A DNA stretch of 64,000 nt from Mustelus asterias. Lineage: Eukaryota. The position numbers were made by a program, and so were the translations under genes. This document shows, one piece after another, positions 1-13,350 of this stretch. Below the pieces are notes generated by a model, which was not told the DNA's origin, did not search any database, and worked only from the letters and a program-made list of their open reading frames with translations. Each line of letters begins with the position of its first letter. Positions within the stretch are counted from its first letter, which is position 1. The stretch lies in NCBI RefSeq assembly GCF_964213995.1, contig NC_135814.1, positions 9,300,001 to 9,364,000 of the forward strand, in the 5' to 3' direction.

Positions 1-410
1 AAGTGGTTGTGGGTTTGGAAGATGCTGTCTAAGGATTTTTGGTGAATTGCTGAAGTGCATCTTGTAGATAGTTCACACTGCTGCTACTGAGCGTCAGTGG
101 TGAAGAGATTGTTTGTAGATGTGGTGCCAATCAAGCGGGCTGCTTTGTCGTGGATGGTGTCAAACTTCTTGTGTTGTTGGAGCTGCACCCTTTAGGCAAG
201 TGAGGAGTATGTCATCACATTCCTGACTTGAGCCTTGTAGATGGTGGACAGGCTTTGGCGAGTCAGGAGGTGAGTTACTCGCCGCAGTATTCCTAGCCTC
301 TGGTCTGCTCTTGTAGCCACTGTGTTTATGTGGTGAGTCCAGTTGAGTTTCTGGTCAATGGCAACCCCAAGGATGTTGACAGTGGGGGATTCAGTGATGG
401 TAACATTTGC
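1..410 (-). mobile_element. Fragment of a CR1-Zenon-like non-LTR retrotransposon (RT C-terminal region)
   Basis: ORF 192..422 reads ILGVAIDQKLNWTHHINTV...IYKAQVR; same family as 2030-4260 and 36490-40340. The clade name is from motif recollection. Confidence 0.8.
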
Positions 411-471
411 ATTCAGCATCACAGTTGCCAGTCAATATTATGCATTCTCCATCCAATTACTTTACCAAAGT

Positions 472-740
472 GGGTGGCACGGTGGCACAGTGGTTAGCAC
501 TGCTGCTTCACAACGCCAGGGACCCGGGTTCGATTCCTGGTTTGGGTCACTGTCTGTGTGGAGTTTGCATGTTCTTCCCATGTCTGCGTGTTTCCCCTCT
601 GGTTTCCTCCCACAGTCCGAAAGATGTGCTAGTTAGGTGCATTGACCTGAACAGGCGCCGGACTGTGGCGCCTAGGGGAATTTCACCGTAACTTCACTGC
701 AGTGTTAATGTAAGCCTTACTCGTGACTAATAAATAAATT
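472..740 (+). mobile_element. V-SINE, tail type 2 (tRNA head, V core, ...gtaacttcactgcagtgttaatgtaagcc...aataaa tail)
   Basis: Box A tggcacagtgg, box B ggttcgattcc, V-domain gtgtggagtttgca... Confidence 0.85.
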
Positions 741-764
741 TTGACTAAGCAATGATTAAATCTC

Positions 765-940
765 AGCAAAAAGTACTGGAAAAACTCAGCAGATCTGGCA
801 GCACCTGTGGAGAGAGAAACAGAGTTAACATTTAGCCCAATATGCTCTTCAGGAGTGTGAATGCTGCCAGACCTGCTGAGCATTTCCACCGCTTTTTGTT
901 CTTTGATCTCAGATCACCAGCATCCGCAGCATTTTAATTT
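765..940. mobile_element. Degenerate palindromic Penelope-like terminal fragment (family B)
   Basis: ctcagcagatctggcagca ... tgctgccagacctgctgag are inverted arms; homologous to 39924-40087 and 44700-44810. Confidence 0.65.
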
Positions 941-1532
941 CATTTTAATAATGAAACTATATTCATGCAACATGCTTGCAAACAAAGAGTCAGGTCAATA
1001 GAATGGATCCCTCCACATGAACAATTTACTGTTATCACCAATAGAGATCCAGGTAATACCAGGATTAGGTCTAGGTGCAATCGGAATTATTTCAGCTCAT
1101 TAAGTGAGTAATTGAGTAACCCAGATGTACAACATCATTGACTTTGAACAAGGTCGAATTAGACCACATCATTTTTTTTGCTCTTAGAAGCCAAACTAGC
1201 CACCTGCATACAAATCAAGGTTCCAGCTCACACAGAGCAAATCAAGTGAACAGCAATCAGTGTAATGTGAACATGTGCAGCACAAATGAATCCAGATCAC
1301 TGTGCTCTGTGCATCAACACCAATCCTAAACAGATTTTTGTTTTGTTTCCTCCTGTTTCGGCTATGCACTCTACTCAGAACATACAGTGCAGACGCTGGC
1401 CAATCAAGCGTGAGTCAGCCCTTTGAAAGAGCTTTCCAAATAATCTCTCTTCTATGACCCCATAGCCCTTATTCTGACAGAGAACAGTATTGCCATTATC
1501 CATCTCTACCTACAAGTGAACTTTCTACAATA

Positions 1533-1820
1533 GGGCGGCACGGTGGCACAGTGGTTAGCACTGCTGCCTCATGGCACCAGGGACCTGGGTTCGATTCCCG
1601 GCTTGGGTCACTGTCTGCGTGCAGTTTGCACGTTCTCCCCGTGTCTGCGTGGGTCCCCCACAGTCCAAAGATGTGCGGGTTAGGTTGATTGGCCATGCTA
1701 AATTGCCCCTAGTATCAGGGGGATTAGCACGGTAAATATGTGCTGTTATGGGGATAGGGTGGGATTGTTGTCAGTGCAGGCTCGAATGGCCTCCTCCCGT
1801 ACTGTAGGGATTTTATAATT
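1533..1820 (+). mobile_element. HE1-type V-SINE (CR1-derived tail)
   Basis: tRNA head, V core and a gaatggcctcct...ctgtagggatt tail shared with CR1 3' ends. Confidence 0.85.
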
Positions 1821-2029
1821 CTAATTGAGCAGTTCAAGAGTCATACTACATCAGATATAGGAAGTGGGTGGACAGGTCTGCCGCTGGTTTAGGGTCAAGC
1901 TCTGGAATTGTCTTCCAAAACCTTCCCATCCTTTTCTCCTCCTTTAAAGATCCACCTTAACTCTCAAATCAAATGCTTGGTCCCAAGACAGTAACAATTT
2001 GCATTGATACATGTTATTTATTTGTTCAT

Positions 2030-4260
2030 GCCAGGCCAGCATTTATTGCCCATCCCTAATTGCCTTTAAGAAAGTGGTGGTGAGCTGCCTTCTTGAGCCC
2101 GCCGCAGTCCATGTGGTGTAGGCACACCCACAGTGCTGTTGGGGAGGGAGCTCCAGGATTTTGACCCGGCGACAGTGAAGGAATGGCGATATAGTTCCAA
2201 GTTAGGATGGTGTGGGGCTTGGAGGAGTTACAGGTGGTGGTGTTCCCATGCATTTGCTGCCTTTGTCCTTCTAGCAGGTAGAGGCTGCAGGTTTGGAAGG
2301 TGCTGTTGAAGGAAACTTGCCAAGTTGCTGCAATGCATCTTGTAGATGGGATAGATTGTTGCCACTGCGCGTTGCCGGTGGAGGGAGTGAATGTTGAAGG
2401 TGATGGATGAGCTGCTGATCAAATGGGCAGCTTTGTGCTGGATGGTATTATGCTTCGAGTGTTGTTGGAGCTGCACACATCTGCGCAAGTGGAGAGTATT
2501 CCATCACATTCCTGATCTGTATCTTGTGGATGGTGGACAGACTTCGAGGACTCGAGGTGAGCTACTTGCTGTGGAATTCCCAGCTCTGACCTGCTCTTGT
2601 AGCTGCAGCGTTTATATGGTTGGTGCAGTTCATTTTCTGGTTAATGGTGACCCTCAGGATGTTGATTGAGGGGAATTCAGCTATAACGCCATTGCAAGTC
2701 AAGGGAAGATGGTTAGATTCTCTCCTGTTGGAGATGGTCATTGCCAAGCATGGTGAGAATTATACTTGCTACTTCTCAGACCAAGCCTGACTATTGTCCA
2801 GGTCTTGCGGCATATGAACATGGTCTGCTTCATAGCTGACAAGTCATGAATGTGCTGAACAGGAACATCTCCATTTCTGACCTTATGATGGAAGGAAGGT
2901 CATTGATGAAGCAGCCAGGTATGACATCAACTAGTAAAGAGATTTCTCCCCGGTTCCCATTGTCTCCAGTTTTGCTAGGGCGCCTTAATGCCACATGGTC
3001 AAATGCTGCCTTGATGTCAAGATCAGTCACTCTCACCATTTGTCCATGCTGTAATGGGGACAGGTAGAACCCAAACTGAGCATCTGTGAGCAGGTTATTG
3101 CTGAATAAGTGCTACTTGAGAGCACTTGTTGATGATCAAGAATAGACTAATGGGGCAATAATTGGCAAGGTTCGATTGTCCTGTTTTTTGTGGACAGCAC
3201 ATACCGGGACAATTTTACACATTGCCAAGTAGATGGAAGTGTTGTAGCTGTACTGGAACAGCTCGGCTAGGGCATGGCTAGTTCTTGAGCACAAGTCTTC
3301 AGTACTATTGCCAGAATATTATGAGGGCCCATTGCCTTTACAGTGCATTCAGCCATTTCTTGATATCCCGTTGCATGAACTGAATTGGCTGAAGACTGAC
3401 ATCTGTGATGCTGGGGGTCTCTGGAGGAAGCAGAGATGGATCATCCACTCAGCACTTCTGGCTGTAGGTGGTAGCAAATGCTTCAAACTCATCTGTTGTA
3501 CTTACGTGCTGGGCACTCCAATCTTTGAGGATGGGGATATCTGTGGAGCCTTCTCCTCCGGTGAGTTGTTTAATTGTCCACCACCATTTAGGACTGCAGA
3601 TGCCAGGATTGCAGAGCTTAGACTTGATCTGTTGGTTGGGGAATTGCTTAGCTCTATTACTTGCTGCTTATGCTGTCTGGCAGTCAAGTAGTCCGGTGCT
3701 GTTGCTTCACCAGGTTGACACATATTTAGGTGTGCCTGGTGTTGCTCGTGGCATGCCCTCCTGCACTCATCATTGTTTGTCAGGTATGATTCCTTGTGTA
3801 TGATTAGGCCCACTGTTGCTTGACTAGTCCGTGCCCAATTTTGGCACAAGCCCCCACTAGTCCAAAGGCGGTCGGCAGGGCAGGGTTTGCCATTTTGCTT
3901 CTGGTGCAGAGGTCGGTGTCAGGTGTCCCATCCGGTATCATTCCATGTTGTGGGCTTTGTAACTGTTTGATACAACTGAATGGCTTGCTAGGCCTTTTCA
4001 GAGGACAGTTTAGAGTCAACTACATTGCTGGGCAGCTGGAGTTACATGTAGGTCAGACCAGGTAAGGACGGAAGATTTACTTCCCTAAAGGACATTAGTA
4101 AACCAGATGGGTTTCATGATAATCGACAATGGTCAGCATTAAACTAGCTTTTAATTCGATTAATAAATCTGGAATCAAAATTCCACCTGCTGCCTTGATG
4201 GGATTTTAACCCATGTTCTCGTGGGTTAAACTAGTGACATAACTACTGTGTCACCACCCA
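2030..4260 (-). mobile_element. Degraded, internally deleted CR1-Zenon-like LINE with both 3' tail and tRNA-like 5' head
   Basis: Tail (gggcaataaatgctggcc on minus) near 2035; RT remnants such as DIKAAFD in ORF 2830..3039; 5' segment 4020-4260 is homologous to the short SINE at 56405 and 61155. Confidence 0.8.
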
Positions 4261-4274
4261 CCCCCTGCCGCCCC

Positions 4275-5650
4275 CATATAGAACAGTACAGCACAGAACA
4301 GGCCCTTCGGCCCACGATGTTGTGCCGAGCTTTATCTGAAACCAAGATCAAGCTATCCCACTCCCTATCATCCTGGTGTGCTCCATGTGCCTATCCAATA
4401 ACCGCTTAAATGTTTCTAAAGTGTCTGACTCCACTATCACTGCAGGCAGTCCATTCCACACCCCAACCACTCTCTGCGTAAAGAACCTACCTCTGATATC
4501 CGTCCTGTATCTCCCACCACAAACCCTATAGTTATGCCCCCTTGTAATAGCTCCATCCACCCGAGGAAATAGTCTTTGAACGTTCACTCTATCTATCCCC
4601 TTCATCATTTTATACACCTCTATTAAGTCTCCCCTCAGCCTCCTCCGCTCCAGAGAGAACAGCCCTAGCTCCCTCAACCTTTCCTCATATGACCTACCCT
4701 CCAAACCAGGCAGCATCCTGGTAAATCTCCTCTGCACTCCTTCCAGCGCTTCCACATCCTTCCTATAGTGAGGTGACCAGAACTGCACACAATATTCCAA
4801 ATGTGGTCTCACCAAGGTCCTGTACAGTTGCAGCATAACCCCACGGCTCTTAAACTCCAACCCCCTGTTAATAAAAGCTAACACACTATAGGCCTTCTTC
4901 ACAGCTCTATCCACTTGACTGGCAACCTTTAGAGATCTGTGGATATGGACCCCAAGATCTCTCTGTTCCTCCACAGTCTTCAGAACCCTACCTTTGACCC
5001 TGTAATCCACATTTAAATTTGTCCTACCAAAATGAATCACCTCACATTTATCAGGGTTAAACTCCATTTGCCATTTTTCAGCCCAGCTTTGCATCCTATC
5101 TATGTCTCTTTGCAGCCTACAACAGCCCTCCACTTCATCCACTACTCCACCAATCTTGGTGTCATCAGCAAATTTACTGATCCACCCTTCAGCCCCCTCC
5201 TCTAAGTCATTAATAAAAATCACAAAGAGCAGAGGACCAAGCACTGATCCCTGCGGCACACCGCTAGCAACCCGCCTCCAATCCGAAAATTTTCCATCGA
5301 CCACCACCCTCTGTCTTCGGTCAGACAGCCAGTTGCCTATCCAATCGGCCAACTTTCCCTCTATCCCACACCTCCTCACTTTCATCATAAGCCGACCATG
5401 GGGGACCTTATCAAACGCCTTACTAAAATCCATGTATATGACATCAACTGCCCTACCTTCATCAACACACTTAGTTACCTCCTCAAAACATTCTATCAAA
5501 TTTGTGAGGCACGACTTGCCCTTCACGAATCCGTGCTGACTATCTCGGATTAATCCGCATCTTTCTAAATGGTCGTAAATCCCATCCCTAAGGACCCTTT
5601 CCATCAATTTACCAACCACCGAAGTAAGACTAACCGGTCTATAATTATAG
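4275..5650 (-). mobile_element. Young 5'-truncated CR1 LINE; intact RT/C-terminal part of ORF2 (4348..5619, 423 aa)
   Basis: QHGF, DFSKAFD, GVPQGSVLGP, FADD and LVRPHLEYC motifs with no stops; CR1 tail gggccgaagggcctgttctgtgctgtactgttcta on minus. Confidence 0.95.
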
Positions 5651-5771
5651 CATCTTTAAAATAAGTAAATGTTCCAAGAGTCTTTGCAGAGCATTATCAA
5701 ATATTTCTGACAACGAAATACATTATGAAATATAAGAACAGGTAAGAGGCAGGTATAAAGGAGCATTTTTT

Positions 5772-6092
5772 GGGCAGCACGGTGGCACAGTGGTTAGCAC
5801 TGCTGCCTCACAGCGCCAGGGACCCGAGTTCAATTCCTGGCTCGGGTCACTGTCTATGTGGAGTTTGCACATTCTCCTCGTGTCTGCGTGGGTTTCCTCC
5901 GGGTGCTCCGGTTTTCTCCCACAGTCCAAAGATGTGCAGGTTAGGTTGATTGGCCATGCTAAATTGCCACTTAGTGTCGGGGGACTAGCAGGGTAAATGT
6001 GTGGGGCTATGGGCTAGGGTCTGGATGGGATTGTGGTCGGTGTTGACTTGATGGGCCGAATGGCCTCCTTCTACACTGTAGGGGGCTTCTAT
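5772..6092 (+). mobile_element. HE1-type V-SINE
   Basis: Full head, core and tail. Confidence 0.9.
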
Positions 6093-7872
6093 CTCAAAAG
6101 GAGGGAGTAGGAGAGGTATAAGGCGGGGTGGGGTGAGGAGAGTTCCAGAGCTTACATGGCCAGACGGCAGTCAACAATGGGGCAGAAATTAAAATCGGGA
6201 TGTGCAAGAGTTTAGAACTGGAGCAGAAATCTCTCAAGGTTGTAGCAGTGCTCGGAGATAGGGAGAGAGCGACATCTCCTACTTTGGCTCAGGGTCAATT
6301 CTTCTTTAATTATGCTCCTGTGAAGAGCTGAAGGATGCTCCACTGGGTTCCAAGCGCGATAGAAATGAGAGTTGCTGCTACATCAGCAACAGCTTTGCGG
6401 GCAGGTGGTCTCTGAGCCAGAAACAACGCCAGCCCAGGTCGAGGGTGTTCCCAACTGCACCTGGGCCGATCACACTCGACCTACGAGTGCTCGACGCAGA
6501 TACGGAGGGCGAGGGTGGGGAGCACAGGGAGTGACAAATTCAGGTTTTGCCAGCACTGTCTCCTTCATAACACTGTTCATCCCCCCCTCAACCAACCAAG
6601 TAAATATACACATGGGCTTTTTACGAGTGGAAACAACTTGCTCCAGCCCATTCAAGTTCCTCCTTAAACCACTTCCATTGTATATTCAGCGAGTGCTTCC
6701 ATAAGCATCAGTTCGATGTGATAAAATGCTTCCAACATTTTTGCAGCAGAGGTAGAAAATGTCAAGTGTAGGATTTGGATTTCCTGCCAGAAGCTGTTGG
6801 GGGATTTTAATAAAACAGTTCTCGGAGCCAGCTGCAGCTCTTGGTTATGCTTTTAATAGATCAAAAAAAAAAATACATTGAGATTTCTGAACAGGGCGAA
6901 ACACAGTGACTGCCAAATACCAAGAGACTGAAATTTCCATACATTTTTCCACAGGAACCAAATGGATTAGACCAGGTCGCTTCCCCTTTTCCTCTTACAC
7001 AATTTAATTAAAGGTTTATAGCATTGAGGATTCACTGCTTGCCCTTTGTCATCAAAATGTCAAATTAAAAGTAATTAGTTCCACCGTGGTTCCTGGTGAA
7101 TGACACTGCGTCGGATAGAGTCGCTTATCTGCGGGCTGCCACTGGAGCAGTAACCGTTGAGTGATTCTGTCACAATCAAAGAGCACATCGATGTCACCCC
7201 TTGAACCATCAAGGACAATCAGCAGCTGGGGGAGCTTTGTGTGGGAAAGCAGTGCGGAGCTCAGTGACGACAGACATGTTGCCGGTCGGGGGTTGGGGGG
7301 GGGCAGTAATTCCAATGCTCTCCAGGCTGACCTCGCAATCAGAGCTCATCCAAAATTCTACCGCCCGCATATTCTAAGTTGCCCAGAGTCCTGCTCACTC
7401 ATCGCGTGCGCTACATTGGTCCGCAGTTCAGCAAGGCTTGGTGTTTAAATTCCTCTCCCATGCTTTCAAATCGTACCGTGCCTCATCCCTCTCCAGCGCT
7501 CTAACATCTTATCGACCCTCTGTGATATTTGCCACCCTTCAATTCTGGTTTCTTGCACAGCCCTGTCATTATAAATAAAATCAAAATACTGCGGATGCTA
7601 GAAATCGGAAATAAAAACTGGAAAAGCTCAGCAGGTCAGGCAGCTTCTGCAGAGGAAGGGACTGAGTCCAAATGACTCTTCTTCAGAGCTGATTTTGACT
7701 GCCCCGCCATTGGGACCATGCCACAAGCTACCTAGGCCCTAAGCTCGAGAATTCCTTTCTCAAACCTCTCCTTCCTCCTTTTAGATACTCCTCAAAACAC
7801 ACCTCATTCACCAAGCTTTTGGTCACCTGTACCAACGGCTCCTTCAGTGGGCTGCCGTCACGTTCTCGTTGA

Positions 7873-8157
7873 ATCATAGAATCCCTACTGTGCAGAAGGA
7901 AGCCACTCGGTGCATCGAGTCTGCACCGACCACAATCCCATCCAGGCCCTATTCCCGTGACCCTATACATTTACATTGCCAATCCCCCGATACTCGGGTC
8001 AATTAGGCCAATCAACCAAACCCGCACATCTTTGACGTGTGGGAGGAAACCGGAGCACTCGGAGGAAACCCACGCAGACACGGGGAGTACGTACAGACTC
8101 CACACAGGCAGTGACCCAAGACAGGAATCAAACCCAGTCCCTGGCACCGTGCCGCCC
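7873..8157 (-). mobile_element. HE1-type V-SINE
   Basis: Reverse complement of the HE1 pattern with an (attctatg) tail. Confidence 0.85.
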
Positions 8158-8318
8158 TTTGTATAATTGATCCTGTGAGGCGCCTTGGGATTACTTTACT
8201 ACAATAGCAGCACTTTAAATACAAGGTGTCGTCATTGTTAAATGGATTTTCTCTGTGGACCTAACCAGGGCATGAAATCTTTTGACCAGGAAAATATGCA
8301 ACTGAGATGCCTGCTCAA

Positions 8319-8597
8319 GGGCAGCAGGGTGGCACAGTGGTTGGCACTGCTGCCTCACAGCGCCAGGGACCTGGGTTTGATTCCCAGATGGGTCACTGTC
8401 TGTGTGGAGTTTGCATGTTCTCCCTGAGTCTGCGCAGATTTTCTCTGGGTGCTCAGGTTTCCTCCCACATTCCAAAAGACATGTTGGTCATGCTAACATT
8501 GTACCTGCACTGGAGTGTGGCGACTAAAGGTGCTTCACAGTAGCTTCATTGCAGTATCAATGTAAGCCTACTTGTGACACTAATAATAAATAAATAA
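8319..8597 (+). mobile_element. V-SINE, tail type 2
   Basis: Head and V core plus gtgtggcgact...gtaagcctacttgtgacactaataataaa tail. Confidence 0.85.
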
Positions 8598-8783
8598 GAC
8601 TCTGTAGCTTTAGCATATCGCTGATCAAACACAAGCCTGGGACCCACTTGTCAATCACCTCCATCTGTGCCATTCACTCAATCTACCCTTTGCGGTGTCC
8701 TGCGCACAAGCCTCAAATCTACCATGTGGATTTGTCATGGAGAAAAATTCACTACAAGCAATGATTAATGATCAATAACGTAC

Positions 8784-8947
8784 TTGTAGATCCACTCGAT
8801 GATCTTGTCCTTGGTCCGCAGATGTGGAAGTGTCCATTTCTCTTCAGTATTTTCAAAGTATTTGAGTGTTGGGAAGCCAGTGATTTGATACTTTTCTCCC
8901 AAGTACTTCTGAGCTGTGACGTCAACTGCTGCCAACACGCCTGGGCT
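8784..8947 (-). CDS. PDIA5: PDIA5 coding exon (~exon 13, 164 nt): SPGVLAAVDVTAQKYLGEKYQITGFPTLKYFENTEEKWTLPHLRTKDKIIEWIY
   Basis: ttttgctttgttaacctAG acceptor and AA|GTACGT donor; GVLAAVD and GFPTLKYF thioredoxin motifs. Confidence 0.96.
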
Positions 8948-9094
8948 CTAGGTTAACAAAGCAAAACAGTAACTGGAGGTGGTGAGCAGGAGAGAGGTTA
9001 AAAAGGCATGCTGAAATTTTTGAGAGAGTGAGTAAAGGCATCATTATTTCTCTTTTCCAAGTGTGCCAGCTCCACTAACTTTGGTTGAAGTATT

Positions 9095-9586
9095 AAAGTT
9101 TAAACTTTAAGTTTATTAGTGTCACAAGTAGGCTTTCATTAACACTGCAATGAAGTTACTGCGAAAATCCCCTAGTTGCCACACTTCGGCACCTGTTCGG
9201 GTACACCGAGGTAGAATTTAGCATGGCCAATGCACCTAACCAGCACGTCTTTCGGACTGTGGGAGGAAAGCGGAGCACCCGGAGGAAACCCAGGCAGACA
9301 CAGGGAGAACGTGCAAACTCCACACAGACAGTGACCTAAGCCGGGAATCGAACCCAGGTCACTGGCGCCGTGAGGCAGCAGTGCTAACCACTGTGTGAGG
9401 GAGAATGTAGCATGGCCAGCCCACCTTACCAGCACGTCGTTCGCACTGTGCGAGGAAAGCGGAGCACCCGGAGTAAACCCACGCAGACACGGGGAGCATG
9501 TGCAGACTCCGCACAGACAGTGACCCTAGCCAGGAATTGAACCCAGGTCCCTGGCGCTATGAGGGAGCAGTGCACTATGCCGCCCA
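9095..9586 (-). mobile_element. Tandem pair of V-SINEs, tail type 2
   Basis: A complete copy at ~9095-9395 is followed directly by a second head/core at ~9395-9586. Confidence 0.85.
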
Positions 9587-9622
9587 TTTTTAGGAAGAAG
9601 AGAACCACAAACATTTTCTTAC

Positions 9623-9693
9623 ATCACTGTCATTATTCAGCACCTCAGCAGCTTCCTCGTACTCTGGCTTCATCTTCTTACAATGACCACACC
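9623..9693 (-). CDS. PDIA5: PDIA5 coding exon (~exon 12, 71 nt): (W)CGHCKKMKPEYEEAAEVLNNDSD, second catalytic CxxC
   Basis: TAG acceptor and GAT|GTAAGA donor; canonical WCGHCK. Confidence 0.97.
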
Positions 9694-10782
9694 CTATATC
9701 AGAACAGGATGAAAATTCAGAATGCACCCATCTCAGACAGGAGTAGCAGCTTTATCACATTGCTGTTTTTTGGAGCTTGCTGTGCACAAATTGGTGCACT
9801 TCAAAAGCACTTCATTGGCTGTAAAGTGCTTTAGCGCGTCTGGAGGTCGTGAAAAGTGCTACACAAATTCAAGTCCTTTTTTTCTCCCCAAAGATGGCAG
9901 GGCTCCATAGGGTCAGACAAACAGAAGATATAGTGATGTACTTGATGTTAGATTTTGCAATAATCCAAACAGAACATGTCACTAGATGTTGTTAATCAAC
10001 ACAATACTGATGATGGACCTCTATAATTGACAGTCCATGGATTAAGGACAATTGGGAACTAAACATCAACAGAATGCTTGATGTCATTTCAGTAATAATT
10101 GGCTAGCTGTCTCTGCCTCAGCGTTGAGAGGGATTTAGGCCTCAGCTATTATTTCCATGTTTAATAACTTCCTGTCACCGTGGCAATTATCAGCCGTCAC
10201 CTCAGCAGTGCATCGTCTTGCTAACACATACACACACCTGTCAACTGTTCAAATGCACTTGAGAGAATCTGGATTTAAAAACTCTTCAGAGGCTAAGGGT
10301 GGAGGTATTTTTGGATTATTTTAACAGATTGCATCTGTGCTTCCAAAATTCTGTATTCATCCACCTTGTTGGCAAATTAGAAAATCACCCTCCATTTAAA
10401 TAGAGTGCAGGAGGCCATTCTGCCTATTTTGCCTCTGAAAAGCTACTAATTCATTCCATTCCTCCGCCCTTTTCCCTGCATACCATTCCTTTGCAAATAT
10501 ATATCCAGCTCCCTTTTGAAAAAATACAACTAAATCTGCTTCCTTTGCCCTTTCACGCAATGTATTTCAGGTTTTAACTCATCACAATTCCATTTCTCAT
10601 CCACTCCCAGTTTTTATTTTCAATTGTCTTAAATCCCTGACTTGCTTACAAGTGACAAGTTTTCATGCTCCACAACCCGCCCCCCCGCCCCCAATCCTGC
10701 ACCTCCCTAACTGCTCTCATCACACACTTGTAATTTTGAATTAAATTGCCTTTTGACCTTTTAAGTAATTCTATTGGCTAAA

Positions 10783-11088
10783 TCATAGAATCCCTATAGT
10801 AGAGGAGGAGGCCAGTCGGCCCATCGAGTCTGTACCGACCACAATTTCACCCAGGCCCTATTCCCGTAACCCCACACATTTACTCTGCTAATCCCCCGAC
10901 ACTAGGGTCAATTCAGCATGGCCAATCAACCTAACCCGCACATCTTTGGCCTGTGGGAGGAAACCGGAGCACCCGGAGGAAACCCACGCAGAGAGAAAGT
11001 GCAAACTCCACACAGATTGGGACCCAAGCCAGAATTGAACCTGGGTCCCTGACGCTGAGAGGCAGCAGTGCCAACCACCGTGCCGCCT
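10783..11088 (-). mobile_element. HE1-type V-SINE
   Basis: Reverse-complement HE1 pattern. Confidence 0.85.
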
Positions 11089-11094
11089 ATTATT

Positions 11095-11420
11095 TATTTT
11101 ATTCTTTTATGGGATGTGGGCGTCTCTGGCTAAGCCAGCATTTATTGCCCATCCCTAATTGCCCTTGGGAAGATGGTGGTGAGCTGCCTTCTTGAACAGC
11201 TGCATCTGTGTGTAGGTTCACCCGTAGTACTGGTAGGGAGGGGTTCCAGAATTTTGACCCAGCGACATTGAAAGAACAGTGATCTATTTCCAAGTCACGA
11301 CGGTGAGTGGCTTGGAGGGGAACTTGCAAGTGGCGGTGTTCCCATGTACCTGCTGCCCTTGTCTTTCTAGATAGAGGTCAATGGTCTGGAAGATGCTGTC
11401 GAAGGAAGTTCAGCGTGTTG
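11095..11420 (-). mobile_element. 3' fragment of the Zenon-like LINE
   Basis: ccagcatttattgcccatccctaattgccctt tail, as at 2035. Confidence 0.8.
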
Positions 11421-12039
11421 CTTTCCTCAAATGAGAGTAATTCACGCAAATTAATTACATTTAACAAGTTATTTGTGGTACTCTTCATGTGGAACTGTCA
11501 GCTTTTCAAAGGAGATTCACTGCCTGACCTCAGACGAGCAAGGATCTTCTCCAGGTTACTGTAATTATTCTGTCGGTTAGCTATTATGGTCACTATGTTA
11601 ACTTGTTCAGACGGCTGTGAAACTTTGGAATTCTCCATCCCAGAAAGACACGGATGCTCAGTGTTCGAGATCAATAACCTTTTAAACATTAAGTGAATCA
11701 AGAAACATAAGGATAGGGCAACAACGTGAAGCTGAGGTAACTTAGCCATGATCTTATCAAATGGCAGAGCAGACGTGAGGGGCTGAATAGCCTGCTGCTG
11801 TTTGGAACTCCCTTCCTCAAAAGGCAGTGGGAGCAGAGCCTTTGAATGTTTACAAGGCAGAACTGGATAGGTTCTTGGTAAACGAGGAGGTGAAAGGTTA
11901 TCGGGGGTAGGCAGTTGGTCACAGTTAGATCAGCTACAAGCCTACTGAATGGCGGAGCAGGGTCCAAGTACTGAGTGGCCGACTCCTGCCCCTACCTCGA
12001 ATGTTTGGATTTTTTACGTCAAGATAAGACAATAGACAG

Positions 12040-12425
12040 TGGGAGAAGAATAGTTTTGTGGTAATGTCACTGGTCTAGTGGGTGAGGTTAATGTTCTGGG
12101 GAGGGGAGACACGGCTTCTAATTACACCATAGCAGCCGGTGCGATTTAAATCCAATTAATAAATTCTGCAATTGAAAGCTCTGCTCAGTAACAAAACTAT
12201 CGTTGATTGTTATGAAAACCCATTTGGCTCACCAATGTCCCTCGGAAATCTGCCGCCCTTCCCCGGTCTGGTCTACATTTGACTCTAAACCCACAGCAAT
12301 GTGGTTGACTCCTATCTGTTCTTCTGAATAGGACAAACACGCCAATTGGTTCAAGAGTAATTAGGGATGGACAATGAATGCTGGCCCTGCCAGTGACACC
12401 CACACCCTAGGAAAGAAAAAATGAA
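12040..12425 (+). mobile_element. Old copy of the tRNA-headed short derivative of the Zenon-like LINE
   Basis: ggaaatctgccgcc...ggtctacatttgactc...cacagcaatgtggttgact is joined to the ttagggatggacaatgaatgctggcc tail. Confidence 0.7.
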
Positions 12426-12909
12426 AAGCTCCAAGGGCTTTCTTTCATTGATTAGTAAATTTATTCAGCGGCTGATTGAGCTAAACAAACTAACATGGCC
12501 ATTGGGTGAGGGCTTCGCTGAGGCGCCAACCCCATCCCACCCAATTAAGCAACCAGTTTGCAGAAATTCACCCATGGCTGGCAAGTGAATAGCATGCTCA
12601 TGGGTGTGGCATTGGAGGACTGAGATTGTGGGACTTTTCTACAACAAGTAACCATTGCCCCTGGAAAAAGGGTGTGGGGGTGGGAGAGACATTCATAAGA
12701 TAAAACCCATCAGGCAATGTTGAACTGGCTGGGTCTTTTTTCTTAAGAAAAGAGAAGAGAGAGGGACAGTCCGTTCAAGGTCATGTGAGACCAAAACAAC
12801 AAGCCACGAATGTACGATAGTCACTAATAAATACAATAGGGAATTCAGGAGAATCTTCTTTATCTAGAGTGTGATGAGAATATGAAACTCACTGTCACAA
12901 CACTTACAT

Positions 12910-13350
12910 ATATACACGTACATACGAATTAGGAGCAGGAATAGGGCATGCAGCCCCTGCAGCCTGCTCCATTGTTATAACAAGGCTGCTCTGTGGACTC
13001 AAGTGCACTATCCTTCCTACCTCCATATCCTTTGACCCCTCCCTTGTCAATCAAAAATCTGTCTCACTCTGCATTAAGCTACTCAATGACCTCCACTGCT
13101 CTTTGGGGAAAAATATTCCACAGACTAATGACCCTCAGGAAAAAAAAATTCTCATTTCAGTCTTAATTGGGAGACTCCTTATTTTTAAACTGTGCCCCCT
13201 AGCTCCAGTCCCTCCCACAAGGGGAATCATCTTCTCAGCATCCATCCTGGCAAGTCCTCGCAAGATCTTATATATTTGAATAAGATCATCTCTCAGTCTT
13301 CTAAACTCCAATGAATACAGGCCCAACCTGCCCAACCTTTCCTCATAAGA
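12910..13350 (-). mobile_element. Degraded CR1 3' fragment nested in an older plus-strand CR1 remnant (~12780-13540)
   Basis: ORF 13135..13428 contains YEERLGRLGLYSLEFRRLR. Confidence 0.8.

Noticed and set aside
472-545. tRNA genes at SINE heads (box A and box B)
   Set aside because: Each runs directly into a SINE core and tail and lacks a complete cloverleaf; tRNA-derived, not functional tRNA.
1-8780. Next PDIA5 exon (third thioredoxin domain)
   Set aside because: No matching spliceable sequence found by eye; it probably lies beyond the window start.
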